NCBI RefSeq assembly: GCF_030028105.1
Contig: NC_092399.1
Location: 24,200,881-24,264,880, forward strand
DNA: 64,000 nt
From: Mobula birostris
Taxonomy: Eukaryota
Reading direction: 5' to 3'
The stretch's first letter is position 1. Each line of letters begins with the position of its first letter. The notes below the pieces were generated by a model. It made no database searches and was not told where the DNA came from. It saw only the letters and a program-made list of their open reading frames with translations. Positions 26,186 through 39,697 of the stretch are shown piece after piece. The translations under genes were made by a program, and so were the position numbers.

Positions 26186-26385
26186 TCAGTACAGCATGCC
26201 CACAACTTAGTAACCCACATGCCATTTGGGATGTGGGAGGACACTGGTGCACCCGGAGGAAACCTACGCAGTCACAGGGAGGACATAGAAACTCTGTACA
26301 GAAGGCAGCAAGAACTGAACCGTGATCTTCCGATCACTGGCATTATAAAGTGCAACCCTAACTGCTAAATCACCATGCTGCCCAC
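26185..26385 (-). mobile_element. tRNA-derived SINE
   Basis: Reverse complement of the SINE head and core. Confidence 0.65.
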
Positions 26386-26434
26386 TAAGTTAGTTAAGAC
26401 TAGCCATTACAAAATGAGACTCTAAAATACTTAA

Positions 26435-27310
<876 letters not shown>

Positions 27311-27352
27311 CAGTGTGCATCCAACAGAGGTAGTCACTACATCTTATTGTCT

Positions 27353-28985
27353 AGAATGACCACACAGCGGTCACTACATTTTAATGTCCACCAAATAGTC
27401 TCTGCATTTCATGCCCTCAATGGCCACTGCACCTAAGTATCCACAATGTTCACTCAACCATCACTACACCTTAATGTCCACCAAATTGTCACTGCATTTC
27501 ATGTTCACAACGTTCACCCAATGGTCACTGCATATTATGTCCACAACCTTCACTGCACCTTGATGTCCATCCAATGGTCACTGCACCTTAACGTCCATAA
27601 TGTTCACCCAGTGGCCACTGCATTTTATGTCCACAATGTTCACCCAAGCATCACTGCACCTAAATGTCCTCAACATTCACCCAAGCATCACTTCACCTTA
27701 ACGTCCACAATGTTCACCCAACAGTCACTGCATTTTATGTCCACAATGTTCACCCAAGCATCAATGCACCTAAATGTCCTCAACATTCACCCAAGCATCA
27801 CTACACCTTAATGTCCACAATGTTCACCCAACAGTCACCATACCTTAATGTCCACCAAATGGTCACTGCATTTCAAGTCTACAACGTTCACCCAATGGTC
27901 ACTGCATATTACGTCCACAACCTTCACTGCACCTTGATGTCCATCCAATGGTCACTGCACCTTAACGTCCACAATGTTCACCCAGTGGCCACTGCATTTT
28001 ATGTCCACAATGTTCACCCAAGCATCACTGCACCTAAATGTCCTCAACATTCACCCAAGCATCACTACACCTTAACGTCCACAATGTTCACCCAACAGTC
28101 ACTGCATTTTACGTCCACAATGTTCACCCAAGCATCACTGCACCTAAATGTCCTCAACATTCACCCAAGCATCACTACACCTTAATGTCCACAATGTTCA
28201 CCCAACAGTCACCATACCTTAATGTCCACCAAATGGTCACTGCATTTCAAGTCTACAACGTTCACCCAATGGTCACTGCACCTAAGTGTCCACAATGACC
28301 ACCCAACAATCACTACACCTTAATGTCCGCAACATTCACCCAACAATCACTACACCTTAATGTCCACCAAGTGGTCATTGCATTTTATGTTCACAACGTT
28401 CACCCAATGGCCACTGCATTTTATTGCCACAATGTTCACCCAATGGTCATTGCATTTTATGTCCACAATGTTCACTGCACCTTAATGTCCATCCAGTGGT
28501 CACTGCACCTTAACGTCCAGAATGTTCACCCAATAGTCACTACACCTAAATGCCCTCAACGTTCACCCAACCATCACTACACCTTAATGTCCGCAATGTT
28601 CACCCAATAGTTACCATACCTTAGTGTCCAACAAATGGTCTCCGCATTTCGTGTCCACAACGTCCACCCAATGGTCACTTCACCTTAATGCCCACATCTG
28701 CCCAATGGTCACTGCACCTTAACGTCCACAACATCCACCCAATGGTCACTGCACCTTAACGTCCACAACGTCCACCCAATGGTCACTGCACTTTAATGTC
28801 CACAACGTCCACCCAAGACTCACTGCAGCTTAATGACCACAATGTTCACCCAATGGACACTGCACCTTAACGTCCACAATGTCCACCCTATAGTCCCTGC
28901 ATGTTAATGTTCACGACGTCCACCCAGCCACACTGTACCTACAGGCTAACAGCATTCAACCAATGGCCACTGCGTCTTTGGAACA
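27353..28985. repeat. Minisatellite: ~37-bp unit with 110-bp and 374-bp higher-order periods
   Basis: Unit aaYgtccacaaYgtYcacccaatggtcactgcacctt; identical variant blocks at 27561 and 27935. Confidence 0.95.
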
Positions 28986-29709
28986 TTAATATGCATCCAA
29001 CAGGCACTGCATCTCTAGTCTAGTAACATTGGACCAATAGCCACTGGGTCTGTGGGTTAACAGCATGCAATTGCTCTTAGCCTGGTAGGGTTTGTTTTTG
29101 TAGGTTTTCTTGTACAGAATGAGATTAATTCAGACTCTATGCTTTGAATTGGATTTCAGGTGAATCAGAATGGAAAATTAATTATCAGTAATGCTTTGCA
29201 GTTCTTCACAACCATCAGCTTAAATTATTGAAACTGTGTTCTGCAGTTAACTGTATTCAGAATTTTCATTCCCATTATCGTAACTGTGAATCACCTAATT
29301 GCATATTTTCCTGCTTATTTTGTCACTCAGCCTGAATGAAAGTATTTCTCATATTTCCTTAAGACAGGAGGTTGCTTGGTTTTATCAAATCTCTGCTTGC
29401 TCTTGGATCAATTCTATTCCCCGTTTATTTCCTTGAAACCTATTCTTTCATACGTGGCTATTCACACCTTCCTGATTCTCCCACCTGTGTTTACGTTTAC
29501 GGTAGCTTAACCTAACAGCTAGCAGCACTGGGGTGTGAGGGGAAAACTGGAACACCTGATCTGAGGTGGGGAAGTTCGCAATTGGATATAGGGCAAACGT
29601 GCAGTCTCCATCCACACAATGCAGCGCTGCAGGACAGGCTGCTGGAGCTGTGGGGAAGTGTAACCAGTTGCAGTGTCGGTGTTTCAGTCAAAACTAATGA
29701 CCACTTGAA

Positions 29710-30030
29710 AGGCCTCGCTGGAGTGGATGTGAAGAGGATGCTTCCAATAGTGGGGAAAATCTAGAGCCAGAAGGCACAGCCTCAGAATAGGAGCGCATCC
29801 CATTAGAACAGAAATGAGAAGGAATTTCTCTGGCCAGATTGTTGTGAATCTGTGGAATTCATTGACGCCAAGTCATTGGGTATAATTAAATTGGAGGTTG
29901 ATGGTTTCTTGGTTTATAAGGGCATCAAAGATTATAGGAGGAAGACAGGAGAATAAAGTTGAGGGGAAATTAAATCAAGTGGCAGAGCAGACTTGATGGG
30001 CCAAATGGTTTAATTCTGTTCATATGTTTT
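29710..30030 (+). mobile_element. CR1 3' fragment
   Basis: Similar to 34220-34570. Confidence 0.7.
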
Positions 30031-30150
30031 ACGGCCATAAAGTAATCAAAAGACAAAGTTATACAATTGCAAGCAAAGGTTTGTGAACCCTTTGCAATTA
30101 CCTGGTTTTCTGCATGAATTACTCATAAAATGTGGTCTGATCTTCATCTA

Positions 30151-31754
30151 CAAACCCCATTTCCAGAAAAGTTAGGATATTTTCCAAAATGCAATAAAAA
30201 CAAAAATCAGTGATATGTTACTTCACATGAAACTTTATTTAACTGACAAAAGTACAAAGAAAAGATTTTCAATAGTTTAACTGACCAACTTAATTGTATT
30301 TTGTAAACATACACAAATTTAGAATTTGATGGCTGCAACACACTCAACAAAAGTTGGGACAGAGGCATGTTTACCATTGTGTTGCATTATCTTTCCTTTT
30401 AATAACACATTTTAATCATTTTGGAACTGAGGATACTAATTGTAGTAGATTTGCAATTGGAAATTTTGTCCATTCTTGCTTGATACAAGACTTCAGCTGC
30501 TCAACAGTCCGTGGTCTCCGTTGTCTGATTCTCCTCTTCATGATGCGCCATACATTTTCAATAGGAGATAGATCTGGACTGGCAGCAGGCCAGTCAAGCA
30601 CACACACTCTGTGTCTACAAAGCCACACTGTTGTAACCCGTGCAGAATGTGGTCTGGCATTGTCCTGGTGAAATAAGCATGGTCATCCCGGGAAGAGACG
30701 TCGCCTTGATGGCAACATATGTCTCTCTAAAATCCTAATATACGCCTCAGAGTCAATGGTACCTTCACATACATGCAACTCACCCATGCAGTGGGCACTG
30801 ATGCACCCCCATACCATCACAGATGCTGGCTTTTGCACCTTTCGCTGATAACAATCTGGATGGTCGTTTTCATCTTTGGCACGGAGAACTCAACACCCGT
30901 TTTTTCCGAAAACTACCTGAAATGTGGACTCATCTGACCACAGCACACGGTTCCACAGTCTCTCGGTCCATCTGAAATGAGCTGGGGCCCAGAGAACTCG
31001 CCGGCATTTCTGCATAGAGTTGATGTATGGCTTCGTCCTTGCATAATACAGTTCCAAGTTGCATTTCTGGATGCAGCGACGGACTGTGTTGAGTGACAAT
31101 GGTTTTCCGAAGTACTCCCGAGCCCAGGTGGCTATAATTGTCACAGTAGCATGACAGTTTCTTAGGCAGTGCCGCCTGAGGGCTCGAAGATCACGCACAT
31201 TCAACAGTGGTTTCCGACCTTGCCCTTTGCGCACTGAGATGTCTCTGAATTCTCTGAATCTTTTCATAATATTATGTACTGTAGATGTTGAAAGACCTAA
31301 ATTCTCTGCAATCTTGCGTTGAGAAATGTTCCTTTTGAACTGACTAACAATTCTCTCACGAATTTTGGCACAAAGGGGTGAGCCACAACCCATCCTTGCT
31401 TGCAAAGACTGAGCCTTTGATAGACGCTACTTTTATACCCAGTCATGATACTTCACCTGCTACCGATTAGTCTGCTTAATGTGGAGTCTTCCAAACCGGT
31501 GTTACTTGAATATTCTGTGCACTTTTCAATCTTATTTTAACTCTGTCCCAACTTTTGTTGAGTGTGTTGCAGCTATCAAATTCTAAATTTGCGTATATTT
31601 ACAAAATACAATTAAGTTGGTCAGTAAAACTATCGAAGATCTTTTCTTTGTACTTTTGTCAGTTAAATAAAGGTTCACGTGAATTAACATATCACAGATT
31701 TTTGTTTTTATTACATTTTGGAAAATATCCCAACTTTTCTGGAAATGGGGTTTG
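30151..31754 (-). mobile_element. Full-length Tc1 element B (DD34E), 214-bp TIRs, TA TSD
   Basis: TIRs 30151-30364 and 31541-31754; TA at 30149 and 31755; transposase frame 31393-30371 with 3 in-frame TGA stops. Confidence 0.95.
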
Positions 31755-32478
31755 TAAGTCACAATGATAGACCAACACTATTTGCCTAAACTAATAACAC
31801 TTCTCATCAATACTGGGTACACCATTTAAACAATCACAGACTAGGTTCAAAAATGTATGTGAACCTCTGGGGTAACGCCTTCTACAGAAACTATTTGGAG
31901 TCCAGTGTTCCAATGAATGAGATAAGATTGGGGGTATGGATTGTAACGGTGCCCTACCCTATAAAAAAGAAATACAAAGTCAAGTTACTGAGAGAGCCTA
32001 CTCTTCTCAAGAAAGATCTGGTTGTGTGCACCATGTTTCAATCAAAGCAACTTTCAGAGGACTTTAGAAGAAGAATTATAGAGATGCATGAAGCTGGAAA
32101 AGGCTACAAGAGCATTTCTAAAGACCCGAGTGTTTATCAGTCCACAGTGAGAGAAATTGTCTCCAAATGGAGGAAATTCAGTACTGTTGCTACTCGTCCT
32201 GTGAGTGGGCATCCTGCAAAGATCACACCTGGAGCTCAATGTGCAGTGCTGAAGGAGGTGAAAAAGAACCCAAGGGTAACAGCTAAAGACCTGCAGAAAT
32301 CTGTAGAACTTGCTAAAGTCTCCATTCATGTGTCCACTAGAAGAAAAACACTGAACAAGAATGGTGTTCATGGAAAGACACCACAGAGGAAACCACTGCT
32401 CTAAAAAAAAGCATTGCTGCACCTCTCAAGTTTGCAAAAGACCTCCTGGATGTTCCCTGATGCTTCTGGGACAATGTT

Positions 32479-34573
32479 TGCATGGATGAACTGCAACAAA
32501 TGTTCATCCCAGTTTGGCAAAAGAATAAATCAAGGAAGGTAGTGCACCCGTGGCTGACAAGAGAAATTAGGGATAGTATCAATTCCAAAGAAGAAGCATA
32601 CAAATTAGCCAGAGAAAGTGGCTCACCTGAGGACTGGGAGAAATTCAGAGTTCAGCAGAGGAGGACAAAGGGCTTAATTAGGAAGGGGAAAAAAGATTAT
32701 GAGAGAAAACTGGCAGGATACATAAAAACGGACTGTAAAAGCTTTTATAGATATGTAAAAAGGAAAAGACTGGTAAAGACAAATGTAGGTCCCCTGCAGA
32801 CAGAAACAGGTGAATTGATTGTGGGGAGCAAGGACATGGCAGACCAATTGAATAATTACTTTGGTTCTGTCTTCACTAAGGAGGACATAAATAATCTTCC
32901 AGAAATAGTAGGGGACAGAGGATCCAGTGAGATGGAGGAACTGAGCGAAATACATGTTAGTAGGGAAGTGGTGTTAGGTAAATTGAAGGGATTGAAGGCA
33001 GATAAATCCCCAGGGCCAGATGGTCTGCATCCCAGGGTGCTTAAGGAAGTAGCCCAAGAAATAGTGGATGCATTAGTGATAATTTTTCAAAACTCGTTAG
33101 ATTCTGGACTAGTTCCTGAGGATTGGAGGGTGGCTAATGTAACTCCACTTTTTAAAAAAGGAGGGAGAGAGAAACCGGGGAATTATAGACCGGTTAGCCT
33201 AACGTCGGTGGTGGGGAAACTGCTGGAGTCAGTTATCAAGGATGTGATAACAGCACATTTGGAAAGCGGTGAAATGATCGGACAAAGTCAGCATGGATTT
33301 GTGAAAGGAAAATCATGTTTGACGAATCTCACAGAATTTTTTGAGGATGTAACTAGTAGAGTGGATAGGGGAGAACCAGTGGATGTGGTATATTTGGATT
33401 TTCAGAAGGCTTTTGACAAGGTCCCACACAGGAGATTAGTGTGCAAACTTAAAGCACACGGTATTGGGGGTAAGATATTGGTGTGGGTGGAGAGTTGGTT
33501 AGCAGACGGGAAGCAAAGAGTGGGAATAAACAGGACCTTTTCAGAATGGCAGGCGGTGACTAGTGGGGTACCGCAAGGCTCAGTGCTGGGACCCCAGTTT
33601 ACAATATATATTAATGACTTGGATGAGGGAATTAAATGCAGCATCTCCAAGTTTGCGGATGACACGAAGCTGGGTGGCAGTGTTAGCTGTGAGGAGGATG
33701 CAGGGTGACTTGGATAGGTTGGGTGAGTGGGCAAATTCATGGCAGATGCAATTTAATGTGGATAAATGTGAAGTTATCCACTTTGGTGGCAAAAATAGGA
33801 AAACAGATTATTATCTGAATCGTGGCCGATTAGGAAAAGGGGAGGTGCAACGAGACCTGGGTGTCATTATAAACCAGTCATTGAAAGTGGGCATGCAGGT
33901 ACAGCAGGCGGTGAAAAAGGCGAATGGTATGCTGGCATTTATAGCGAGAGGATTCGAGTACAGGAGCAGGGAGGTACTACTGCAGTTGTACAAGGCCTTG
34001 GTGGGACCACACCTGGAGAATTGTGTGCAGTTTTGGTCCCCTAATCTGAGGAAAGACATCCTTGCCATAGAGGGAGTACAGAGAAGGTTCACCAGATTGA
34101 TTCCTGGGATGGTAGGACTTTCATACGAAGAAAGACTGGATGAACTGGGCTTGTACTCGTTGGAATTTAGAAGATTGAGGGGGGATCTGATTGAAACGTA
34201 TAAGATCCTAAAGGGGTTGGACAGGCTAGATGCAGGAAGATTGTTCCCGATGTTGGGGAAGTCCAGAACGAGGGGTCACAGTTTGAGGATAGAGGGGAAG
34301 CCTTTTAGGACCGAGATTAGGAAAAACTTCTTCACACAGAGAGTGGTGAATCTGTGGAATTCTCTGCCACAGGAAACAGTTGAGGCCAGTTCATTGGCTA
34401 TATTTAAGAGGGAGTTAGATATGGCCCTTGTGGCTACGGGGGTCAGGGCGTATGGAGGGAAGGCTGGGGTGGAGTTCTGAGTTGGATGATCAGCCATGAT
34501 CATAATAAATGGCGGTGCAGGCTCGAAGGGCCGAATGGCCTACACCTGCACCTATATTCTATGCTTCTATGTT
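32479..34573 (+). mobile_element. 5'-truncated young CR1 LINE (RT domain)
   Basis: ORFs 32482-33708 and 33563-34480 with [33 protein letters not shown]; one frameshift near 33700; ttctatg tail. Confidence 0.97.
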
Positions 34574-34699
34574 CTGTGGACAGGTGAGACAAAAATTGAA
34601 CTTATTGGCAGAAATGCTCACGTCTGGAGGGAAAAGGGCCCTGCACACCAACACCAAAACCTCTTCCCAACTGTGAAGCGTGGAGGAAGGAGTACCATC

Positions 34700-37046
34700 C
34701 TGCATTGAAGACTACTAGGGCCCCACTTATGACATCAGACACAGTATAAACACACACAGTACTCAGGTAAGTAACACCTGTAGCAAAGCTGAGACTGTTT
34801 GCTGCTGTGGTTCAAAATGCTTTCCAAGAAAAGAAAAGTTGACAACGAAGGTCGGATATTCAACAATAATTGGAAAGATCGTTTTTTCTTCTGTGAAGTC
34901 AACGGCAAACTTGAGTGTCTGATATGTTCGCAAACAAGTGGCTGTGGCAAAAGAGTACAATATCAAATGACACTATGAGACGTCACACGGAGAAAAATAT
35001 GACAAGTACGCAGGACGATTCAGAACGGCAATCAGTGTTCACCAAAAGTTGACAGACTCATGATGGAGCTGTCAAGTCCAGCTATATTATTGCCAACAAA
35101 ATAGCTGCTGCGTCGAAGCCATACTCAGAGGGGGAGTTCATCAAAGCATGCATGCTGACTGCGGCTGAGCTGGTGTGCCCTGAGAAGAGACAGGCTTTTG
35201 GTAATGTCAGCTTGTCAAGAAATACTGTAGCAGAGAGAGTTGGGGACCTTGCAGGAGATTTGAACGGTCAACTAAAAGATAAAGTGAAGTCATTTATTGC
35301 CTTCTCTATTGCAATTGATGAGAGCACTGACGTGATTGATGTAACTCAATTGGGAATATTTATTCGTGGTGTTGATGTATCTTTGACAGTAACCGAGGAG
35401 TTTGTGGAGATGGTGCCCATGACAAACACCACAATGGTGAATGACGTTTTCTCCAGCCTCGTTGAGGCCTAGGGTTGACTGGAGTCACGCTGTCAGCGTG
35501 GCAACAGATGGCGCACCGTCCATGGTCGGGAAAAAGGCAGGAGTTGTTGTGAAACTCAGAGAGAAAGTTCAGACAGGGAATCCAGAGCAGGAGTTTTCGT
35601 TGTATTGTACAGCAAGAGGCGTTATGTAGCAGGAGCCTGAAAATGGACAATGTCCTGGATGGAGTAATCAAAACGTTTAATTTTATTAGAGCTAAGGGAC
35701 TCAATCATTGGCAATTTGACACTCTTTTGTCTGAAAGTAATATTGGACACGGCCTACCCTACCACACTGAAGTCTGCTGGTTGAGCAGTGGGGTTGTGAT
35801 CAAACGTTTTTTTCAATTACGTGCGGAAATTGGACTTCATGAACGAGAAAGGGAAGCCAGTGGCAGAGTTGGATGACCCAGACTGGCCTCATGATCTTGC
35901 ATTTTTGGTGGATATAACAGAGCACTTAAATGTGCTTAATGTTAACATGCAAGGCCGCAATAAACTTGTTACAGAATACTACAACGGCACTCGTGCCTTT
36001 CAAATTAAATTAGGCCTGTGGGAGATGCAACTATCCCGGAGTAACCCAGCTTATTTCCCCTCTTTACAGTCTGTGCGTGTCGCTCATGGGAATGTCGCTG
36101 TAGGCTATGGTTACCTTATAAGGTAACTGGAGAATGCACCCCAACAGGTGTATGTAACAAGCAAGTGACAACATGAACAGGTACAAGGACAAAATATCAC
36201 TGCTGAAAAGTGAGTTTCAGAATCGTTTCCAAGTCTTCACTCAGCTCGAGAAGGAATTCTCACTATTTTGCTTGCCATTTGCCATCAACGCAGCATCAGA
36301 TGTGCCAGATGAACTCCAAATTGAACTAATTGAAATTCAATGTAACTCAGCTTTGAAATATAAAGTTGAGACTGTGGGTCTGGATTCATTCTATCAATAC
36401 CTGGGACAGGTGTCTGGAAGCAGCAAGTGAAAAATGAGTTGACACTATTCGATGCACTGCGACATGTAAGCAAAATGCATTATGAAATATTGAGTGTCAT
36501 AATATTGTGATTCATTCATTTTCTGACTATTCTATTATTGTAAATGTGATCACTTCAATAAAAAATTAGGGGCTAACTGTTCATTGTCTGGGTTTGATTG
36601 CTGGAAGCAGGCTAATAAAATATAGGTGCAGTTGTGTAGCCTACACTTACAATTTGTTTTGTTAGGTCTACATTTGTGTCTGCTAATGTTGGATTTCAAA
36701 TGGTTTATTAATGGAAAGGGTGTGTCTCCCAAAACAATCTTAGCCGAAATAGCATCGCTTTTTCTCTCTCTCATCACAACTTTCTTGTAGCCTATGACTG
36801 TAAGTTAATACCAATCATAAAAATAATGCTTGCTAGGCAATTTTCATAAGAAACGAAATTCGTAAAGTGGAACACTTTGTAGTTATAGCAGAGACTGAGA
36901 CACATGAGAGCAGGTTGAAAAAATGAAGGCAACAAAAGCTGTTGGAGCACGCTCACGTGTGTTCACGTGTGCACAACCGATCCGGCAGCATGAAGTCGCA
37001 TTTTGCCCAATCCGGCCGGTGACCTAAAATGAGGTTGACACCCCTA
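34700..37046 (+). mobile_element. hAT transposon (Charlie/SPIN, GTF2IRD2-like transposase), decayed; left TIR absent
   Basis: ATG at 34817 MLSKKRKVDNEGRIF...CLIC; [36 protein letters not shown]; right end gaggttgacaccccta followed by tcctagat. Confidence 0.9.
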
Positions 37047-37050
37047 TCCT

Positions 37051-37135
37051 AGATGCTACCTGGCCTGCTGACTTTCTCCAGCATTTTGTGTGTGTTGCTC
37101 AGATTTCTAGCATCTGCAGATTTTCTCTTGTTTGT
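37051..37135 (+). mobile_element. Penelope pLTR fragment
   Basis: Matches 38843-38925. Confidence 0.7.
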
Positions 37136-37399
37136 GAATGGTCAGTACTCAAGTCTGTTTTATTTGTTGCCCCCTGCTAACACTTACAGCAGCAGTTTTT
37201 CCTTATTGCAGTTTCCTCAGCATTGCCATAACAGCCTGACATAAAAGACAGAGGAACAAGGATAAGTTGTTCAGTCACTGTAGAATAAATGGCCTTTCAC
37301 TGAACTCCTGAGCAACCGGAATTCTGTTTCCTTTGATGTCCATGCTTACAAAATTTTTATAACTACTTTTGGCAGAATCAATTAAAAGCAGTCTGGTAA

Positions 37400-38030
37400 G
37401 TGATTACAGATCTCTGATATGCAGAAGGATCCAGGTGTCCTCGTACACAGTCTCAGAAGGCAAGTGTGCAGCTATTACAGATAAGCGGGAAAGGTAATGA
37501 ATATTATTGTTTACCTGTAAGGGAATTGAATACAAAAGTCAGAAAGTCATGTCTCAGTTAGGGTGTTAGTGAGACCATGTTTAGAATACTATATACAGCA
37601 TTGATTTCTGATGTAGGGAATGGCAGAAATACATTGTAAGTAGTTCAGGAGTTTACCAGGTTGATAAGTGAATCGGGCGGGTTGACTTGTGAGAAAATGT
37701 TGAATAAGGTGGTTTTGTAAAGAAAAGTCAGAGAGAACTGATTAACATAAGTTCCTGAGATGTTTTGAAAGGGTGAGGAGGATGTTTCTTCTCAAGCGAG
37801 AAGCTAAGACCAGAGGTGATATTAAAAAAAAATGAAGATAGAGATGGTGAATGTTTTTCCGATAGGGTCTTGAACCTCTAGCTTGTTTCAGGCAGAGGAT
37901 AGATTCTTTCCAAGGATGTAATAGTTTGTGCTGGACAAATGGGAATGCAGAGTGGAGCTTGCAGACAGCCATGATATTAGTGCAGAGGAAACCTAGAGAA
38001 TGTCCTGATCCTAATTCATACGTTTGCATC
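37400..38030 (+). mobile_element. Old degenerate CR1 3' fragment
   Basis: Residual similarity to CR1 ORF2 C-terminus. Confidence 0.6.
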
Positions 38031-38262
38031 TCTTGAAATTTCTTTGTTGTAGTATCCATTGCCTTTTGGCAAAGACAGTTTTGCGTTTTGGGAAACCCAT
38101 GTATACAATTGGAATTCCTGATTTCACCCTTAAATGGTTAATCTCCAGTTTGAAGCATGTTCAAGATTGCACCAGTTAAAATATTTTTTCTCTATATCCA
38201 ATTAAATTCCATGTTTTTAAGCAATTGGAACAGGTTAGCCCTGTTTATTTGGGAATATCCAT

Positions 38263-38925
38263 TTGGGAATGACCGCTTTGCTGAACACCTACGCTCTGTC
38301 CGCCAGAGAAAACAGGATCTCCCAGTGGCCACACATTTTAATTCCACATCCCATTCCCATTCTGACATGTCTATCCACGGCCTCCTCTACTGTAAAGATG
38401 AAGCCACACTCAGGTTGGAGGAACAACACCTTATATTCCGTCTGGGTAGCCTCCAACCTGCTGGCATGAACATCGACTTCTCTAACTTCCGCTAATGCCC
38501 CACCTCCCCCTCGTACCCCATCTGTTACTTATTTTTATACACACATTCTTTTTCTCACTCTCATTTTTCTCCCTCTGTCCCTCTGAATATACCCCTTGCC
38601 CATCCTTTGGGTCCCCCCCAACCCTTGTCTTTCTTCCCGGACCTCCTGTCCCGTGCTCGTCTCGTATCCCTTTTGCCAATCACCTGTCCAGCTCTTGGCT
38701 CCATCCCTCCCCCTCCTGTCTTCTCCTATCATTTTGGATCTCCCCCCTCCCCATCCAACTTTCAAACCCCTTACTCACTCTTCCTTCAGTTAGTCCTGAC
38801 GAAAGGTCTCGGCCTGAAACATCGACTGCACCTCTTCCTAGAGATGCTGCCTGGCCTGCTGCATTCACCAGCAACTTTTATGTGTGTTGCTTGAATTTCC
38901 AGCATCTGCAGAATTCCTGTTGTTT
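38263..38925 (+). mobile_element. Penelope-like element 3' part (GIY-YIG endonuclease C-terminus and pLTR)
   Basis: DRFAEHLRSVR...PVATHFNS...RLEEQHLIFRLGSLQPAGMNIDF*; pyrimidine-rich tract; pLTR. Confidence 0.9.
38791..38828 (+). ncRNA. Minimal type-I hammerhead ribozyme motif in the Penelope pLTR
   Basis: UAGUC-CUGACGA-A-AGG(UCUCGG)CCU-GAAA-C-AUC-GACUG. Confidence 0.7.
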
Positions 38926-39354
38926 CTAGTCTGTCCTTATTTCTTCTGGTACAGCAATGGTGTTTTGGTAAACCTGTGTTGATCAGCTGCATGACTAGTA
39001 TAAAATTCCTGAATTGTGTAAAGTGTTAAATTATATTCTCCATATCCAAGTGCATACTTTTGATTACTAGAATCTAGATCTTAATTAGAAGTTTTATAGC
39101 TAAGATGTATGCCTACAATGAGACTAATTTCCATTCAGAATTTTCAATAATTGATCTTTATATTCCTTTTCTGTACCTTTGTAAAGTCATGCATTAGGTA
39201 TTTGTATAAGGTTTAATCAGAAGATGTAGAGAATATGAAGCATTTAATTTTCTATCCCATTTCTGAAATTTACCCGTGCTCACTGCATTACATTGCAAAA
39301 CAAGAGAATTTTTGTTCTCCCACAGTTTTAACAGTTAATTTATTCTTTTTATAG

Positions 39355-39576
<222 letters not shown>

Positions 39577-39697
39577 TAAAAAAATTTAATCTGTTCCAGA
39601 TGTATTATAGCTACTGTGAATTTCCCAAATTAAAAAAATGTAAAGTTTATATTGTTTGGGCCTTAAAAGAATCTTGTATCATGTCCATAGACCATAT

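Larger units (their letters stand above)
30064..34698 (+). mobile_element. Tc1 element A (host), split into three parts (30064-30148, 31757-32478, 34574-34698); 3' half missing
   Basis: Transposase MFQSKQLSEDFRRRII...GKGYKSISK; FWDNV|LWT-ETKIE resumes after the CR1; ends at TVKRGGRS. Confidence 0.85.

Noticed and set aside
27353-28985. CRISPR-like array, or His/Thr-rich repeat proteins (ORFs 27446-28610)
   Set aside because: No unique spacers, no cas genes and a vertebrate intronic context; the ORFs are by-products of a stop-poor minisatellite
34817-36430. Domesticated GTF2IRD2/EPM2AIP1-like host gene
   Set aside because: Multiple stops, frameshifts and deletions plus a residual TIR indicate a decayed transposon
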